A stretch of DNA of 64,000 bases from Escherichia coli (GCF_003334405.1 NZ_QOWM01000005.1), one strand, 5' to 3'; counted from the stretch's first letter, positions 51,163 to 63,333 are shown. Numbers and translations: made by a program. Notes: generated by a model not told the origin, from the letters alone.

Positions 51163-51936
51163 TCAGACGTCGACTTTATCCAGCGGCCATGAATCAAACA
51201 GATAGCCGTCAAAATAAATATCGTCAACGTTCGAGAATTCCAGCAGACGTTGCTTAACGTTTTCCAGATGCTGCCACATTGCCAGCTTCGCCGCTCGGGC
51301 ATCTTTTTTGATTAACGCGGCGAGGATCTGTTTGTGATCGCCCAACCACTCTTTGCGATACAGGCTGTCATCCAGATGGCTGTGCAACTGGATCCACATT
51401 GGATTGTTTTCCCGCCACTGCCAGGACTGACGGAATAACTCCACCAGCATGCTGTTATGCGTTGCTTCGGCAATGGCGAGATGGAACTGCATATCACCGC
51501 TTTCGCTGCTACCCGGCGCGCTGGAAGCCAGTTCACGCTCTTCCAGTTGCAATGCCTGACGCATTTTGACGATATCTTCGCGGGTAGCCTGCAAAGCGGC
51601 AAATTCCGCGATGTTACTTTCCAGTAACTGACGCGCCTGTAACAGCTCAAAAGGACCCGCATCATTACAGACGTTGGCATCCGAACTGTCTGTGTTGTGG
51701 CTGCCTGAGCTATCAAGAACATAGATACCGGCACCCCGGCGCACTTCCACCAGCCCTTTGATCTCCAGCATGATCAGCGCTTCACGTACCACCGTCCGCG
51801 TGACATCAAGCATTTCTGCAATTTCACGCTCCGGCGGCAGCCGTTCGCCAGGATTGTACGGCGTCTTTATGATCAGATCGCGGATCATCGCCCCGACTTC
51901 CTGGTAAGGTCTTTGCGCAGAGGTGGCAGATTTCAT
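51163..51936 (-). CDS. uxuR: GntR-family repressor of hexuronate utilisation
   Basis: 257-aa ORF MKSATSAQRPYQEVGAMIRDLIIKTPYNPGERLPPEREIAEMLDVTRTVVREAL. Confidence 0.95.
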   Translation of the reverse strand: MKSATSAQRPYQEVGAMIRDLIIKTPYNPGERLPPEREIAEMLDVTRTVVREALIMLEIKGLVEVRRGAGIYVLDSSGSHNTDSSDANVCNDAGPFELLQARQLLESNIAEFAALQATREDIVKMRQALQLEERELASSAPGSSESGDMQFHLAIAEATHNSMLVELFRQSWQWRENNPMWIQLHSHLDDSLYRKEWLGDHKQILAALIKKDARAAKLAMWQHLENVKQRLLEFSNVDDIYFDGYLFDSWPLDKVDV

Positions 51937-51962
51937 GGTGTTGTGTCCGTTAGGTGCGGTTA

Positions 51963-52020
51963 ATCAAATTTTTGCCGGATGCGGCGTGAACGCCTTATCC
52001 GGCCTACAACGGGCAATTTT
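51963..52020. repeat. REP element between uxuR and uxuB
   Basis: tgccggatgcggcgtgaacgccttatccggcctac. Confidence 0.75.
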
Positions 52021-52150
52021 ACGGCCCCTGTTAATCTCAAACTATACCATTAGCACTGGAAGTTGGCACGTACAGGTGGGCAAAAAAACGAAAACTGGTC
52101 AACCAAATATCAGTTTGATTGACCAGTAAGTCTGTAGGGTAATCAGTTAG

Positions 52151-53611
52151 TTACAGCGCAGCCACACACTCGCGCGCACCGCGTTCGCACAGCTGCTGAT
52201 ATGCCGCCGTCACCGCGCCAACAAAGTCGGCATTCTGCGGCAGATCATCGGCAAAAATACCGCTCAGGCCTAGCAGCGCTTTCACGCGGTCTGCGCCCTG
52301 ATACTGCGCGTTAATCTTCTGGAACTCGGCCAGCATCGGGTCGACCACGTCAATGGCATTACCCTGCTCATCCACGCCCTGGGTGTAACGCATCCAGCCA
52401 GCCACGCCCAGCGCCAGGTGACGCCAGCTGCCGCCGTTTTGCAGGTGCAGACGCACCGGGTCCAGCAGACGCTGCGGTAACTTCTGGCTGCCGTCCATCG
52501 CAATCTGCCAGGTACGGTGACGCAGAGACGGGTTGCTGAAACGCTCGATCAGCAGCGTCGCATAGGCGTTCAGGTCCGTACCTTCCGGCATCGACAGCGT
52601 TGGCGCTTGTTCCTGCATCATCAGGGCAAAGGCCGCTTTGCGATAATCCGGGTTAGTCATGGTGTCGGCAATAGTTTCATAGCCGCCGAGGTAACCGAGG
52701 TACGCCAGGAAAGAGTGGCTACCGTTCAGCATACGCAGCTTCATCATTTCGAACGGCACAACGTCTGCAACGAACTGTGCGCCCACTTTATCCCAGTCCG
52801 GGCGACCATTAACGAAATTATCTTCAATCACCCACTGACGGAACGGTTCGCAGGCAATGGCGCACGGGTCGTAAACGCCCAGCTGGTCAGCAATTTCCTG
52901 TAAGGTTTCTGGCGTCGCCGCCGGAACGATGCGGTCAACCATGGTGCACGGGAAGGTGACGTTCTCTTCAATCCATGCCGCTAGCTGCGGGTCACGCGCC
53001 TGAGCCAGCCCCAGTACCGCGACCTTCGCCACATGACCGTTTTCACGCACGTTATCGCAGGACATCACCGTAAATGCTTTCAGCCCTTTTTCACGACGCA
53101 GACGCAAGGCTTCGACGATGTAACCAATCGCGGACTTCGGCGCAGTCGGGTTTTCCAGATCGTGCTTGATCAGCGGGTTATTGAGATCCAGTTGACCGCT
53201 TGCCGCATCAGCGCAGTAGCCTTTTTCCGTGACCGTCAGAGAGACAATCGCCGTTTGCGGACGCGCCATCGCGTTGAGAATACCTTCGCAGCCGTCGATT
53301 TCCGGGTGCAGCGCTTCTTTCATCGAACCGATAATTTTCAGCTCGGTGCTTTCCGCGCCTTTTTCCGCCACGGTGTACAGCAGTTGCTGTTTTTTCAGGT
53401 TTTCGATCAGCACGCGGTCGTTGCCTGGCATCAGGTTAACTTCGCAGATACCCCAGTCGCTGTCGGTGCTTTCCAGCAGATGATGGGTGTACAGCGCCTG
53501 GTGCGCACGGTGAAACGCCCCGCAACCGAGATGCACAATGCGTGATTCCAGACGAGAATGATCCCATGACGGGCGGGCAACCGGCAGATTGCTGTCAACA
53601 ATAGTAGTCAT
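52151..53611 (-). CDS. uxuB: D-mannonate oxidoreductase (fructuronate reductase)
   Basis: 486-aa ORF MTTIVDSNLPVARPSWDHSRLESRIVHLGCGAFHRAHQ. Confidence 0.95.
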   Translation of the reverse strand: MTTIVDSNLPVARPSWDHSRLESRIVHLGCGAFHRAHQALYTHHLLESTDSDWGICEVNLMPGNDRVLIENLKKQQLLYTVAEKGAESTELKIIGSMKEALHPEIDGCEGILNAMARPQTAIVSLTVTEKGYCADAASGQLDLNNPLIKHDLENPTAPKSAIGYIVEALRLRREKGLKAFTVMSCDNVRENGHVAKVAVLGLAQARDPQLAAWIEENVTFPCTMVDRIVPAATPETLQEIADQLGVYDPCAIACEPFRQWVIEDNFVNGRPDWDKVGAQFVADVVPFEMMKLRMLNGSHSFLAYLGYLGGYETIADTMTNPDYRKAAFALMMQEQAPTLSMPEGTDLNAYATLLIERFSNPSLRHRTWQIAMDGSQKLPQRLLDPVRLHLQNGGSWRHLALGVAGWMRYTQGVDEQGNAIDVVDPMLAEFQKINAQYQGADRVKALLGLSGIFADDLPQNADFVGAVTAAYQQLCERGARECVAAL

Positions 53612-53691
53612 CGTAAACTCCAGAATCCGTCTTCAGAGAGTGACGGCAAGGAAGAAGGAACCGGCACGGCGCGCAGCCATGCCGGTGGATA

Positions 53692-54876
53692 TTAACGGCT
53701 AAAGAAAGCGCGCTGGATCGCCAGTTCGACACCGCGAACTTCGGCCAGGCCTTTCAGACGACCAATTGCGGAGTAACCTGGGTTGGTTTTCTTCTTCAGG
53801 TCGTCCAGCATCTGATGACCGTGGTCCGGACGCATCGGGATCAGGTCTTCTTTGCCTTCCGCTTTACGACGGTGTTCTTCTTCAACAATCGCTTTCACCA
53901 CTTCGTACATATCAACGTCACCGTTCAGGTGCGCCGCTTCGTGGAAGGTTTTCGGGTTATCTTCACGCATGGTGGAGCGCAGATGGGTGAAGTAAATACG
54001 CGGACCGAACTGCTTGATCATATCAACCAGATCGTTGTCAGCACGCACGCCGTAGGAACCGGTGCACATGGTGAAACCGTTCGCCATGCTATTTACGGTA
54101 TCAACCATCCACTGCATATCTTCAATGGTAGAAACAATGCGCGGCAGGCCGAGGATTGGGCGCGGCGGATCGTCCGGGTGAACAGCCATACGCACGCCAA
54201 CTTCTTCGGCAACCGGAATAATCGCCTTCAGGAAGACGGCAAAGTTTTCGCGCAGTTTGGCTTTGTCGATATCTTTGTACAGCTCCAGGTGCTTACGGAA
54301 CTGGTCGAGGGTGTACCCTTCTTCCGCGCCCGGCAGACCGGCAATGATGTTACGGGTCAGACGCGCTTTGTCTTCGTCGCTCATAGTGGCGAAGCGTTCA
54401 GCTGCCTGAGCAATTTCTTCTTCGGTGTAATCCGCTTCCGCACCTGGGCGTTTCAGGATATGCATTTCGAATGCAGCGAATTCGATCTGGTCGAAGCGCA
54501 GAGCTTTGGAGCCGTCTGGCAGCACGTATTCGAGGTCAGTACGGGTCCAGTCGAGCACCGGCATGAAGTTGTAGCACACGGTGCGAATACCGCACTGCGC
54601 CAGGTTGCGCAGAGTCTGCTGATAGTTAGCGATCCACTGCTCATAGTTGCCAGTGTGGGTTTTGATATCTTCGTGAATTGGCACGCTTTCTACGACAGAC
54701 CACACCAGGCCTGCATCTTCAACGATAGCCTTGCGTTTGAGGATCTCTTCTACGGACCATACTTCACCGTTCGGGATATGGTGCAAAGCGGTAACCACGC
54801 CAGTCGCGCCCGCCTGACGGACATCAGCTAAAGAAACCGGATCGTTTGGGCCGTACCAGCGCCAGGTCTGTTCCAT
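53692..54876 (-). CDS. uxuA: D-mannonate dehydratase
   Basis: 394-aa product from ATG 54876 ([23 protein letters not shown]); track ORF extends to 54912. Confidence 0.96.
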
Positions 54877-55215
54877 GATTTTTCCTCTTTCACATAGTGG
54901 GTTCCACAGCAAAGAGACGCGGAACCCTGGAGTTGTTTAGGTATCCGGATGAACAACCAGACCGCAGCCGTGGCGTTGCATCGGATGAGATGGCGTATAA
55001 GTTCTACCTTTTGGTAAGACATGTCAACCCGAATTCTGAAATTGGTTAACCACATCACAAGAATTTCACTCTCCTGGTTGTTGCTGCAAATTGCAGCAAA
55101 AGGTAATCGATGGTTATTGATCAGAGGATGTGACATTCATCGCAACAATGGTTGACCAATTTACATAACATGTCGCCCAAAATAACAACGGTTCAACCAG
55201 GTAAGGTAAAACGTT

Positions 55216-56559
55216 ATGCATGTGCTTAACATTCTCTGGGTGGTATTCGGCATTGGTCTGATGCTGGTACTGAATTTGAAGTTCAAAATCAATTCAATGG
55301 TGGCCTTGTTGGTGGCGGCGCTGTCCGTCGGGATGCTGGCGGGCATGGATTTGATGTCGCTGCTGCACACCATGAAAGCGGGCTTCGGCAACACGCTGGG
55401 GGAACTGGCTATCATCGTGGTGTTCGGTGCGGTCATCGGTAAATTGATGGTCGACTCCGGCGCGGCTCACCAGATAGCGCATACGCTGCTGGCACGTCTC
55501 GGTCTGCGTTATGTACAGCTGTCGGTGATTATCATCGGCCTGATTTTCGGTCTGGCGATGTTCTATGAAGTGGCCTTTATCATGTTAGCACCGCTGGTTA
55601 TTGTTATTGCCGCCGAAGCTAAAATTCCGTTCCTGAAACTGGCGATCCCGGCAGTAGCAGCTGCCACTACCGCACATTCACTGTTCCCACCGCAGCCGGG
55701 TCCGGTGGCGCTGGTGAATGCTTATGGCGCGGATATGGGGATGGTTTATATCTATGGCGTACTGGTGACGATCCCAAGTGTCATCTGCGCAGGTCTGATC
55801 CTGCCGAAGTTCCTCGGCAATCTTGAGCGCCCAACGCCATCATTCCTGAAAGCAGATCAACCGGTAGATATGAATAATCTGCCCTCTTTCGGCGTTTCGA
55901 TTCTGGTGCCGTTGATCCCGGCGATCATTATGATCTCTACCACCATCGCCAATATCTGGCTGGTAAAAGATACCCCTGCGTGGGAAGTGGTTAACTTTAT
56001 CGGTTCCTCGCCGATTGCAATGTTTATTGCGATGGTGGTTGCATTCGTACTCTTTGGCACCGCGCGCGGGCACGATATGCAGTGGGTAATGAACGCTTTT
56101 GAAAGCGCGGTGAAAAGCATTGCAATGGTGATTCTGATCATCGGTGCAGGTGGCGTGCTGAAGCAGACCATCATCGACACCGGCATCGGCGACACCATCG
56201 GCATGCTGATGTCCCACGGCAATATCTCGCCCTACATCATGGCATGGCTGATCACCGTACTGATTCGTCTGGCGACGGGTCAGGGTGTGGTTTCAGCGAT
56301 GACCGCCGCCGGGATTATCAGTGCAGCAATCCTTGATCCAGCAACTGGTCAGCTGGTTGGCGTGAATCCGGCGCTGCTGGTACTGGCGACGGCTGCGGGT
56401 TCCAACACCCTCACCCACATTAACGATGCCTCATTCTGGTTGTTCAAAGGTTACTTTGACCTGTCAGTAAAAGACACGTTGAAAACCTGGGGTCTGCTGG
56501 AGCTGGTCAACTCCGTGGTTGGGCTGATTATTGTGCTGATTATTAGCATGGTAGCGTAA
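55216..56559 (+). CDS. gntP: GntP-family permease (fructuronate/gluconate transporter)
   Basis: 447-aa multi-[28 protein letters not shown]; divergent from uxuA. Confidence 0.93.
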
Positions 56560-56570
56560 AAGAGCACCTG

Positions 56571-56690
56571 AGCCTGCCATTGGCAGGCTCTGTTCGGATT
56601 GTCGGTAAAGTGCGCTTTGTTTATGCCAGATGCGACGCTGACGCGTCTTATCTGGCCTACAAAGGGCTAACGTGCAGGTTTTAGCTTCAG
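56571..56690. repeat. terminator hairpin plus REP-like palindromes between gntP and fimH
   Basis: agcctgccattggcaggct hairpin, then gatgcgacgctgacgcgtcttatctggcctac. Confidence 0.6.
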
Positions 56691-56731
56691 GTAATATTGC
56701 GTACCTGCATTAGCAATGCCCTGTGATTTCT

Positions 56732-57634
56732 TTATTGATAAACAAAAGTCACGGCAATAATCGATTGCACATTCCCTGCAGTCACCTGCCCTCCGGTACG
56801 TGCGTAATTTGCCGTTAATCCCAGACTTACCGCCGAAGTCCCTACTGCTCCTAACGATACCGTGTTATTCGCTGGAATAATCGTACCGTTGCGCGTCAAC
56901 TGTACGCCGACGCCCTGTGCAGGTGAAAACGACGCGGTATTGGTGAAAATCGAGTTGCCCGCATCTGCGGTTGTGCCGGAGAGGTAATACCCCAGGTTTT
57001 GGCTTTTCGCACAATAAACGGTAAGAGGAATCGGCACTGAACCAGGGTAGTCCGGCAGAGTAACGGTGACATCACGAGCAGAAACATCGCAGCCGCCAGT
57101 GGGCACCACCACATCATTATTGGCGTAAATATTCCACACAAACTGGAAATCATCGCTGTTATAGTTGTTGGTCTGTCGCAAAATAAGCACGGCAATTAAT
57201 GAGCCAGCTTTAATCACCACCCCGCCCGCACTGCTCACAGGCGTCAAATAAAGCGCCACCGGCCACGGCTTATCCGTTCTCGAATTATAAACAACCCGCG
57301 GCGTTTCACTGGTGGTCGGAAATGGATAGCTACTGCCACTATATTTTACGGTCCCGGAAAAATTAGATAACACGCCGCCATAAGCCGAGCCTCGTTGCAG
57401 TGTGACATAATCTGTAATGGTTTCCGGGTAATCGTTATGGCAAAAGATTTGCGTCGAAAGATCCACGACCAGGTTTTGCCCCACATTCACGGCGGGCGCA
57501 AGGTTTACATAAACATTGGCGCTGCCACCGCCAATAGGGATAGCGGTGCCATTGGCGGTTTTACAGGCGAATGACCAGGCATTTACCGACCAGCCCATCA
57601 GCAGTACAGCAAACAGGTTAATAACTCGTTTCAT
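56732..57634 (-). CDS. fimH: type 1 fimbrial adhesin (mannose-binding tip)
   Basis: 300-aa product MKRVINLFAVLLMGWSVNAWSFACKTANGTAIPIGGG. Confidence 0.97.
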   Translation of the reverse strand: MKRVINLFAVLLMGWSVNAWSFACKTANGTAIPIGGGSANVYVNLAPAVNVGQNLVVDLSTQIFCHNDYPETITDYVTLQRGSAYGGVLSNFSGTVKYSGSSYPFPTTSETPRVVYNSRTDKPWPVALYLTPVSSAGGVVIKAGSLIAVLILRQTNNYNSDDFQFVWNIYANNDVVVPTGGCDVSARDVTVTLPDYPGSVPIPLTVYCAKSQNLGYYLSGTTADAGNSIFTNTASFSPAQGVGVQLTRNGTIIPANNTVSLGAVGTSAVSLGLTANYARTGGQVTAGNVQSIIAVTFVYQ

Positions 57635-57653
57635 TACAATCATCTCTTCGGCT

Positions 57654-58157
57654 TCAGCTGTAGGTATAGGTGATGCTAATCACTGCCTGAATGGTTCCCT
57701 GAGTGGCTCCGCCATTTACCGTCAATGCTCTGACCTGTAACGGGAAGTGCGCTGATTGTGAGGAATCATCCACCTGAACTGTTTTGGTTGCGCCACTATT
57801 CAATGTGTTGCCACTGTCATCCTGTAGCTCTAACTGGATGTTTTGCGCGGTCCCCTGGTTTTTATAATATCCGGTACTGTCGGCTGCCCCGCTGAAGCTG
57901 GCAGTGACCCTCGACGTTCCCACCGGACAATTAGTCAACTCAAGCGCAACATCATGCCAGGCCGATGCCGCCCCGGCAGACATCAGACTGAAAGAATAAA
58001 GATCGCCGAGATCTACCGTGGCATTGGTGGTGGAAACCGTGCACGGTTTGGCGACGACCTTACCGTTCACCGTGATGGTGACATCGGCTGCCTGTATCGT
58101 CGCACTTGCGAGCGCCAATATTGCCGCCAATACATACCCACGTTTGCACCATTTCAT
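57654..58157 (-). CDS. fimG: type 1 fimbrial minor subunit FimG
   Basis: 167-aa ORF MKWCKRGYVLAAILALASATIQAADVTITVNGKVVAKPCTV. Confidence 0.95.
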   Translation of the reverse strand: MKWCKRGYVLAAILALASATIQAADVTITVNGKVVAKPCTVSTTNATVDLGDLYSFSLMSAGAASAWHDVALELTNCPVGTSRVTASFSGAADSTGYYKNQGTAQNIQLELQDDSGNTLNSGATKTVQVDDSSQSAHFPLQVRALTVNGGATQGTIQAVISITYTYS

Positions 58158-58169
58158 GAGCCTCTCCAG

Positions 58170-58700
58170 TTACTGATATTCAAGAGTGAAGGTAGCCGTG
58201 GCATTGATATGCCCCGCAGTGACAGGCACCTGTGTCGCCATTAGCCGGGCGTAAAAATTCAGCGTATTTGGTTTACCCGGCGTCAGGGTCGTCCACGAAA
58301 TCGCGGACGATGGGGCATTAATGGGTATCTGATTTTGTTGCTCATTCAGAAGCTGTATTCCCAGTCCCGCAACCGCTGACACCGTATTTTCAAGTGCAAG
58401 CAGGTTGGCATTGTGGCTATCTGCAACACCGGTAAACCCAACTTTTACGGCAGAAACGGCATTACCACAGGGTGACAGCAAAATACGAAATGGAACGACA
58501 GGAGTCGTCGCGCCAATGTTGTTAAATTGCTTCGCCGCGTTTTCCATCAGATCAACAGTAAAATTGGTTGATTCAGCGGCCACACTACAGCCGTTATCTC
58601 TGACATAGCCGCGGATAGTAATCGTGCTATCCGCAGCCAAAGCGTGACTTACCGCCAGCCACAAAAAAGCGCACAGAAGATAAAAAGGTTTGTTTCTCAT
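58170..58700 (-). CDS. fimF: type 1 fimbrial minor subunit FimF
   Basis: 176-aa product [33 protein letters not shown]. Confidence 0.95.
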   Translation of the reverse strand: MRNKPFYLLCAFLWLAVSHALAADSTITIRGYVRDNGCSVAAESTNFTVDLMENAAKQFNNIGATTPVVPFRILLSPCGNAVSAVKVGFTGVADSHNANLLALENTVSAVAGLGIQLLNEQQNQIPINAPSSAISWTTLTPGKPNTLNFYARLMATQVPVTAGHINATATFTLEYQ

Positions 58701-58709
58701 CACGCCCCC

Positions 58710-61346
58710 TTAACGACATTCAGCTGATAGCTGAGTTAATAACTGCTGCTGACTCTCTGGTGGCAGTTGATAATTGGCGACACAGTGAGCATTTTCCTCT
58801 TCTCCCCATTTCACCTGAACTTTTCCCGCTAAAGGCATTCCGCTGAGGTAAACCTGACCATTATCCGCAACAATGCCGCTACTCTGGCTACTCTCTGATG
58901 TCACCATCGCCCCAAACGGCAGCGGCTTATTATTGTGGGTTAGCGTCATGAGCAGTTTTATCCCAACGCGCGCTTTAAACTCTGCTCGCACGATCGCCCC
59001 ACGGGTGGGAACAACGTTAGCGACCGCGTTATCTAAATCGACGTTATCAGCCAGGGTATTGGTATCCAGCGCTACTCTGTTCTCCCGATATTCAGTGGCA
59101 TAAGGCAGCACGGCATAACCGCGCCAGTCGGTACGCACCCCCGTCTGGTTTTCGACTTTTGCATCTTTTGCGCCAGGCGCTTTAACAAGCACCACCGTAT
59201 CGTTTAACGGCTGCCCCAGCGTTACGCCATTGGCATGAGCCAGTACCCCACCGCTGACTCCGTAATAGAGCTGCTTAATATCATCGCTATGGCTGTAACC
59301 GATGTTGGCATTGCCGTAACCACCGCGATAATTCAGCGTGGCGTAGCCTGTACTTCCGCTATTACCATCACCTCCCCCGGCGTAACCGGTTTGCACGCTA
59401 TAGCTGAGGTTGTTGTCTTCCAGCAACGTACCGTATACACCGACCAGATTGGTCATCCGACCGTTGAGATCGTGTGACATGCTGTAACTGGCACTGGCAT
59501 GTCGCCACTGAGATTTACTGTCAGAACGCAGCCAGTGGCTGAAAGGAATATTGACGTTAAGCGCTAACATCTGATCCCGTCCTTTTTGCCAGGCGTTTTT
59601 CGTCAGGCTATAGCTGAGCGTCCAGTTGATATCTTCGAATGCAGTATTTAAACCAGCCTGGAATTGCTCATCGACATTACTCGTTCCCCAATAAGTTTGA
59701 TGGCTACCACTCAAATACAGTGTTGATGTGCGCCCGAGTTGCTGAGTAACGGTGAGTTGTAATTTCCCGCGTTTGTTATAAGCGAGATTGTAATAGTCGG
59801 TGAATTTCGGCTTAACCTGAATAACACCATCCTGTGTTTCGATGTTGTAGCCATTCATTCGACTGTATGTTGTATCAGCGAAATTAAAATATCCGCTGGT
59901 CGAATAACGGTAACCCACTAACTGAATATTCGTGCCTGATTCATTGAGCGATTTGTTATAGAGAAAACGCACCGATTGTCCGTCATGCTGACTGTCATCG
60001 GGAAGTGTGGAATTAGCCTGCGTCATATCCACAGACAGAGCGCCCAGTGCCCCCATGTTTTTCCCGATACCGAAATTAAACGCACGATAACGATCCGCCA
60101 GTTGCGTTCCACCATATATTGTCCAGCCAGCCGGAAGGCCGTGGAGTAATGTACTCTGGAAAAAGCGGGGTTTTTCCTGCTGCGCATTTCCACTACGGTA
60201 TTCTCCTGCCGTAATGGAATAACGAGTATGCCCTTCACGTTGCAAAAGCGGGACTGACGAATAGGGTACGGTAAAGATCTGCGTGCTGCCGTCAGCCTCT
60301 TTAATCGTTACCTGCAAGTCACCACTATTACCTGCGGCATAGATATCGTTGATGGTAAAAGGCCCCGGCGGCACCGTACTATTATAAATGTCATACCCAT
60401 TTTGTTTAATAGTGACCTGTGCAGTACCACGAGCAATACCGTGGATCACCGGAGCAAATCCTCTTTGGCTATCGGGTAACATATTGTCATCTGAGGCCAA
60501 TTGTGCGCCGCGAAAGTTAATACCATCGAAAATATCGCCCTGGGTATAACCATCACCCAGCGTCAGCCGGGAACGTAACGGAATTATGTCTCGCTCAAGC
60601 CAGGTATTGATATGCTGCCATTTATTTTTGCTACCTGATGAACTGTCGCTACTGTTATAACTCCAGGTGGTATTGTCGCGTAAACGCCACGCACCAATAT
60701 TTAACCCACTCTGTAGGTTTAAATATGCATAATGGCTGTTACCCCCAATCCGATTCTGTACACTATTTCCGCTGAAATTATAATTGAGCAATCCGGCATT
60801 AATACCAGGATCCCATAACTCAGGAGGAATATAACCACGCGCGCGATTACTCATAAATGCCTGAGGGATCGTCAGGTTGAGTCGCTGCTGACCAACATCC
60901 AGATGCGCAGTAGCGTCATGGATCATTGAGGTTAATGGCACGCAGGCATCATCCGCCAGCAGATTCATACCGGAGACAGAAGCCGTATTCAGCTCCATAC
61001 TTGCAAGTTGCGCGCGTGTCAGGCAGGGAACAATCCCTTGTTCACTGTCGCCCGTATTAAATGTGACATCACGCGTTGCCATATAACCATTATTCAAATA
61101 GATATCGACACGATACGTCCCTGGCGGTAATTCTTGCCCATTTTCAAAACGCGATAAATCGGCCACAGCCTGGGGATCATCCGCTAAAAAGCGCGGATTA
61201 AAATAGAGTTCGGCAGATGACAAAGGTGCCTGTGCGGCAAAAGCACAGGCGACAAAGAGCCGGACAAAAAAACCAGCCAAACGATGCTTACGAATATGCA
61301 AGCATTGTGTGTTTCGCTGGTAAAGTCTTAAATTCAGATATGACAT
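58710..61346 (-). CDS. fimD: type 1 fimbrial outer-membrane usher
   Basis: 878-aa ORF. Confidence 0.97.
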   Translation of the reverse strand: MSYLNLRLYQRNTQCLHIRKHRLAGFFVRLFVACAFAAQAPLSSAELYFNPRFLADDPQAVADLSRFENGQELPPGTYRVDIYLNNGYMATRDVTFNTGDSEQGIVPCLTRAQLASMELNTASVSGMNLLADDACVPLTSMIHDATAHLDVGQQRLNLTIPQAFMSNRARGYIPPELWDPGINAGLLNYNFSGNSVQNRIGGNSHYAYLNLQSGLNIGAWRLRDNTTWSYNSSDSSSGSKNKWQHINTWLERDIIPLRSRLTLGDGYTQGDIFDGINFRGAQLASDDNMLPDSQRGFAPVIHGIARGTAQVTIKQNGYDIYNSTVPPGPFTINDIYAAGNSGDLQVTIKEADGSTQIFTVPYSSVPLLQREGHTRYSITAGEYRSGNAQQEKPRFFQSTLLHGLPAGWTIYGGTQLADRYRAFNFGIGKNMGALGALSVDMTQANSTLPDDSQHDGQSVRFLYNKSLNESGTNIQLVGYRYSTSGYFNFADTTYSRMNGYNIETQDGVIQVKPKFTDYYNLAYNKRGKLQLTVTQQLGRTSTLYLSGSHQTYWGTSNVDEQFQAGLNTAFEDINWTLSYSLTKNAWQKGRDQMLALNVNIPFSHWLRSDSKSQWRHASASYSMSHDLNGRMTNLVGVYGTLLEDNNLSYSVQTGYAGGGDGNSGSTGYATLNYRGGYGNANIGYSHSDDIKQLYYGVSGGVLAHANGVTLGQPLNDTVVLVKAPGAKDAKVENQTGVRTDWRGYAVLPYATEYRENRVALDTNTLADNVDLDNAVANVVPTRGAIVRAEFKARVGIKLLMTLTHNNKPLPFGAMVTSESSQSSGIVADNGQVYLSGMPLAGKVQVKWGEEENAHCVANYQLPPESQQQLLTQLSAECR

Positions 61347-61412
61347 TATTCCTCCGGTTTAAAATCACCCGGCAGTCAATTCTTTTTATTCAGGCGAAAA
61401 ATTCCCCCTGCG

Positions 61413-62138
61413 TTATTCCATTACGCCCGTCATTTTGGGGGTAAGTGCGCCATAATCATTTATTGTTCGGTAAGTAATATTGCTTCCTGCATCAGAAGGC
61501 AATTTAACCGTGCTTTCGCCCATTGGAGGCACCAATGCATTTTCAAGAACCCGGGTTCCGGCATTCAACTCTGTTACCGTCAGGTAATAGGGTGTCGGGT
61601 TAATCAGAGTCAGAGAATTCGCGCTACGACGAAATCTTAATTTTTCTGCGGCCTGATCGGGTGGCAACGCTAATTTAGCCGGGCGATAGTACAGTTTAAT
61701 GCGGCTGATAATTGCGAGCTGTAGCGTATTCTCAGTCAATTTTGATTTATCCATTGACGGAATCGCTTTAACGTTCATCCAGAATAAACTTTCCCGATCC
61801 TGTGGCAATTGGTTATTTGTTGCATCAAGAATACGTAAGGTATTCTCTTTTTTTCCCTTCATCGCAAACAGAGGTGGCGTCACGATAAAACGACCATCCT
61901 TTACACCATCGGCATTTTCCACCCATGATTGAATTAAATAGGTGCTATTTTCATCATTATTTGTCACGGCAAGTTGCACTTGTTTTTGCCCTGCCGGATA
62001 AATTACGCGAGTCGCACCTAAGGCCACTCCCGCTTCGGCGCGTCCGGCAACCATCATTGCCATGAACATCAGGATACCTGCCAGCAAGCAGAATGTTATT
62101 TCCTGCGATTTCCTTACATTGACGTTTTTATTACTCAC
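61413..62138 (-). CDS. fimC: type 1 fimbrial periplasmic chaperone
   Basis: 241-aa ORF MSNKNVNVRKSQEITFCLLAGILMFMAMMVAGRAEAGVALGATRVIYPAGQKQ. Confidence 0.97.
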   Translation of the reverse strand: MSNKNVNVRKSQEITFCLLAGILMFMAMMVAGRAEAGVALGATRVIYPAGQKQVQLAVTNNDENSTYLIQSWVENADGVKDGRFIVTPPLFAMKGKKENTLRILDATNNQLPQDRESLFWMNVKAIPSMDKSKLTENTLQLAIISRIKLYYRPAKLALPPDQAAEKLRFRRSANSLTLINPTPYYLTVTELNAGTRVLENALVPPMGESTVKLPSDAGSNITYRTINDYGALTPKMTGVME

Positions 62139-62174
62139 TGTCCTGTTCCTGTTATCACATTATCTGCTGAACAA

Positions 62175-62714
62175 TTACTGATAGGTTAAAGAGAACCAGG
62201 CCTGGGCATTGGCGATGCCGCCAGTAACCCGACGCCCGGTAGCACGATATTTGGCGATGAAATGTAGCGAAGTAGAGCCTGAGTAAAGCCGTTTCCAGTT
62301 TGCTGGAGGACGATTAATCGGTACGAGGTTTCCTTCATCATCAAACAACGCTACGCCAATATTGGTGGCTATCCCTGGCCCCTCTCCCACGGAAAGCACA
62401 TCTGGATTTTTACCATCCGCGACACCGTGAAACGCCACACCCACACGTTCACTCACCACCGTGCTACATTCCCGTAAATGAATAACAAAAGGCACCGGTG
62501 CGCTATCTTCCCCTACCGCATGAAACCGGTTACTGCTGATTTGCCCCATATTGACCGTCATTTGTTTATCACCGGCTTCAATCCGGCAAGTTTCCGCAAT
62601 AATGACGCCCTGAAATTGCATATTTCCGCCGGGCAGCGTGGTGTTCCATTTATTTCCGGCCAGAGCAAACATTGGCAGCAACGACGCTAATAGAAATAAT
62701 CTCTTCCTTTTCAT
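62175..62714 (-). CDS. fimI: fimbrin-like protein FimI
   Basis: 179-aa product from ATG 62714 ([43 protein letters not shown]); track ORF extends to 62846. Confidence 0.85.
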
Positions 62715-62778
62715 CGTTATTTTTATCGCACAAGGGTGGGCATCCCTGCCCGTAATGACGTCCCTGAACCTGGGTAGG

Positions 62779-63333
62779 TTATTGATACTGAACCTTGAAG
62801 GTCGCATCCGCATTAGCAGCACCCGGGGTTGCCTCGCCGATTGCATAATAACGCGCCTGGAACGGAATGGTGTTGGTACCGTTATTCAGGGTTGTTTGTG
62901 CACTAAATGTCGCACCGTCCAGCGTCAGCTCATTTCCTGTTCTGTCCAGTATCTGCACACCAACATTTGTTGCGCTACCCGCAGCTGAACTCTGCAGAGC
63001 CAGTACTTTAGGATGAGCACTGTCAATCGCAGTCCCCAAGAAGGCAACAGCGGCTTTTGTGGCAACACTGGTATCGCAATCATTCAGCTGAATGTTAAAA
63101 CCGACAGCAGAGCTGGTTGCTCCAGTCTGCTTCAGACTAGCGGTACGAACCTGGCCCAACTGAACGGTTTGATCAACAGATCCTGCATCAACTGCGCAAG
63201 CGGCGTTAACAACTTCCCCTTTAAAGTGAACGGTCCCACCATTTACCGTCGTGGGTGTAGTTTCAGCCAGAGCCGCTGTAGAACTCAGGGACAGAGCCGA
63301 CAGAACAACAATTGCCAGAGTTTTAATTTTCAT
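62779..63333 (-). CDS. fimA: type 1 fimbrial major subunit (a non-K-12 allele)
   Basis: 184-aa [51 protein letters not shown]; RBS aaaggaaagc. Confidence 0.95.

Noticed and set aside
62779-63333. fimA sequence differs from the K-12 allele as I remember it
   Set aside because: fimA is a known hypervariable antigenic gene across E. coli; allelic divergence is expected and does not indicate a new feature.
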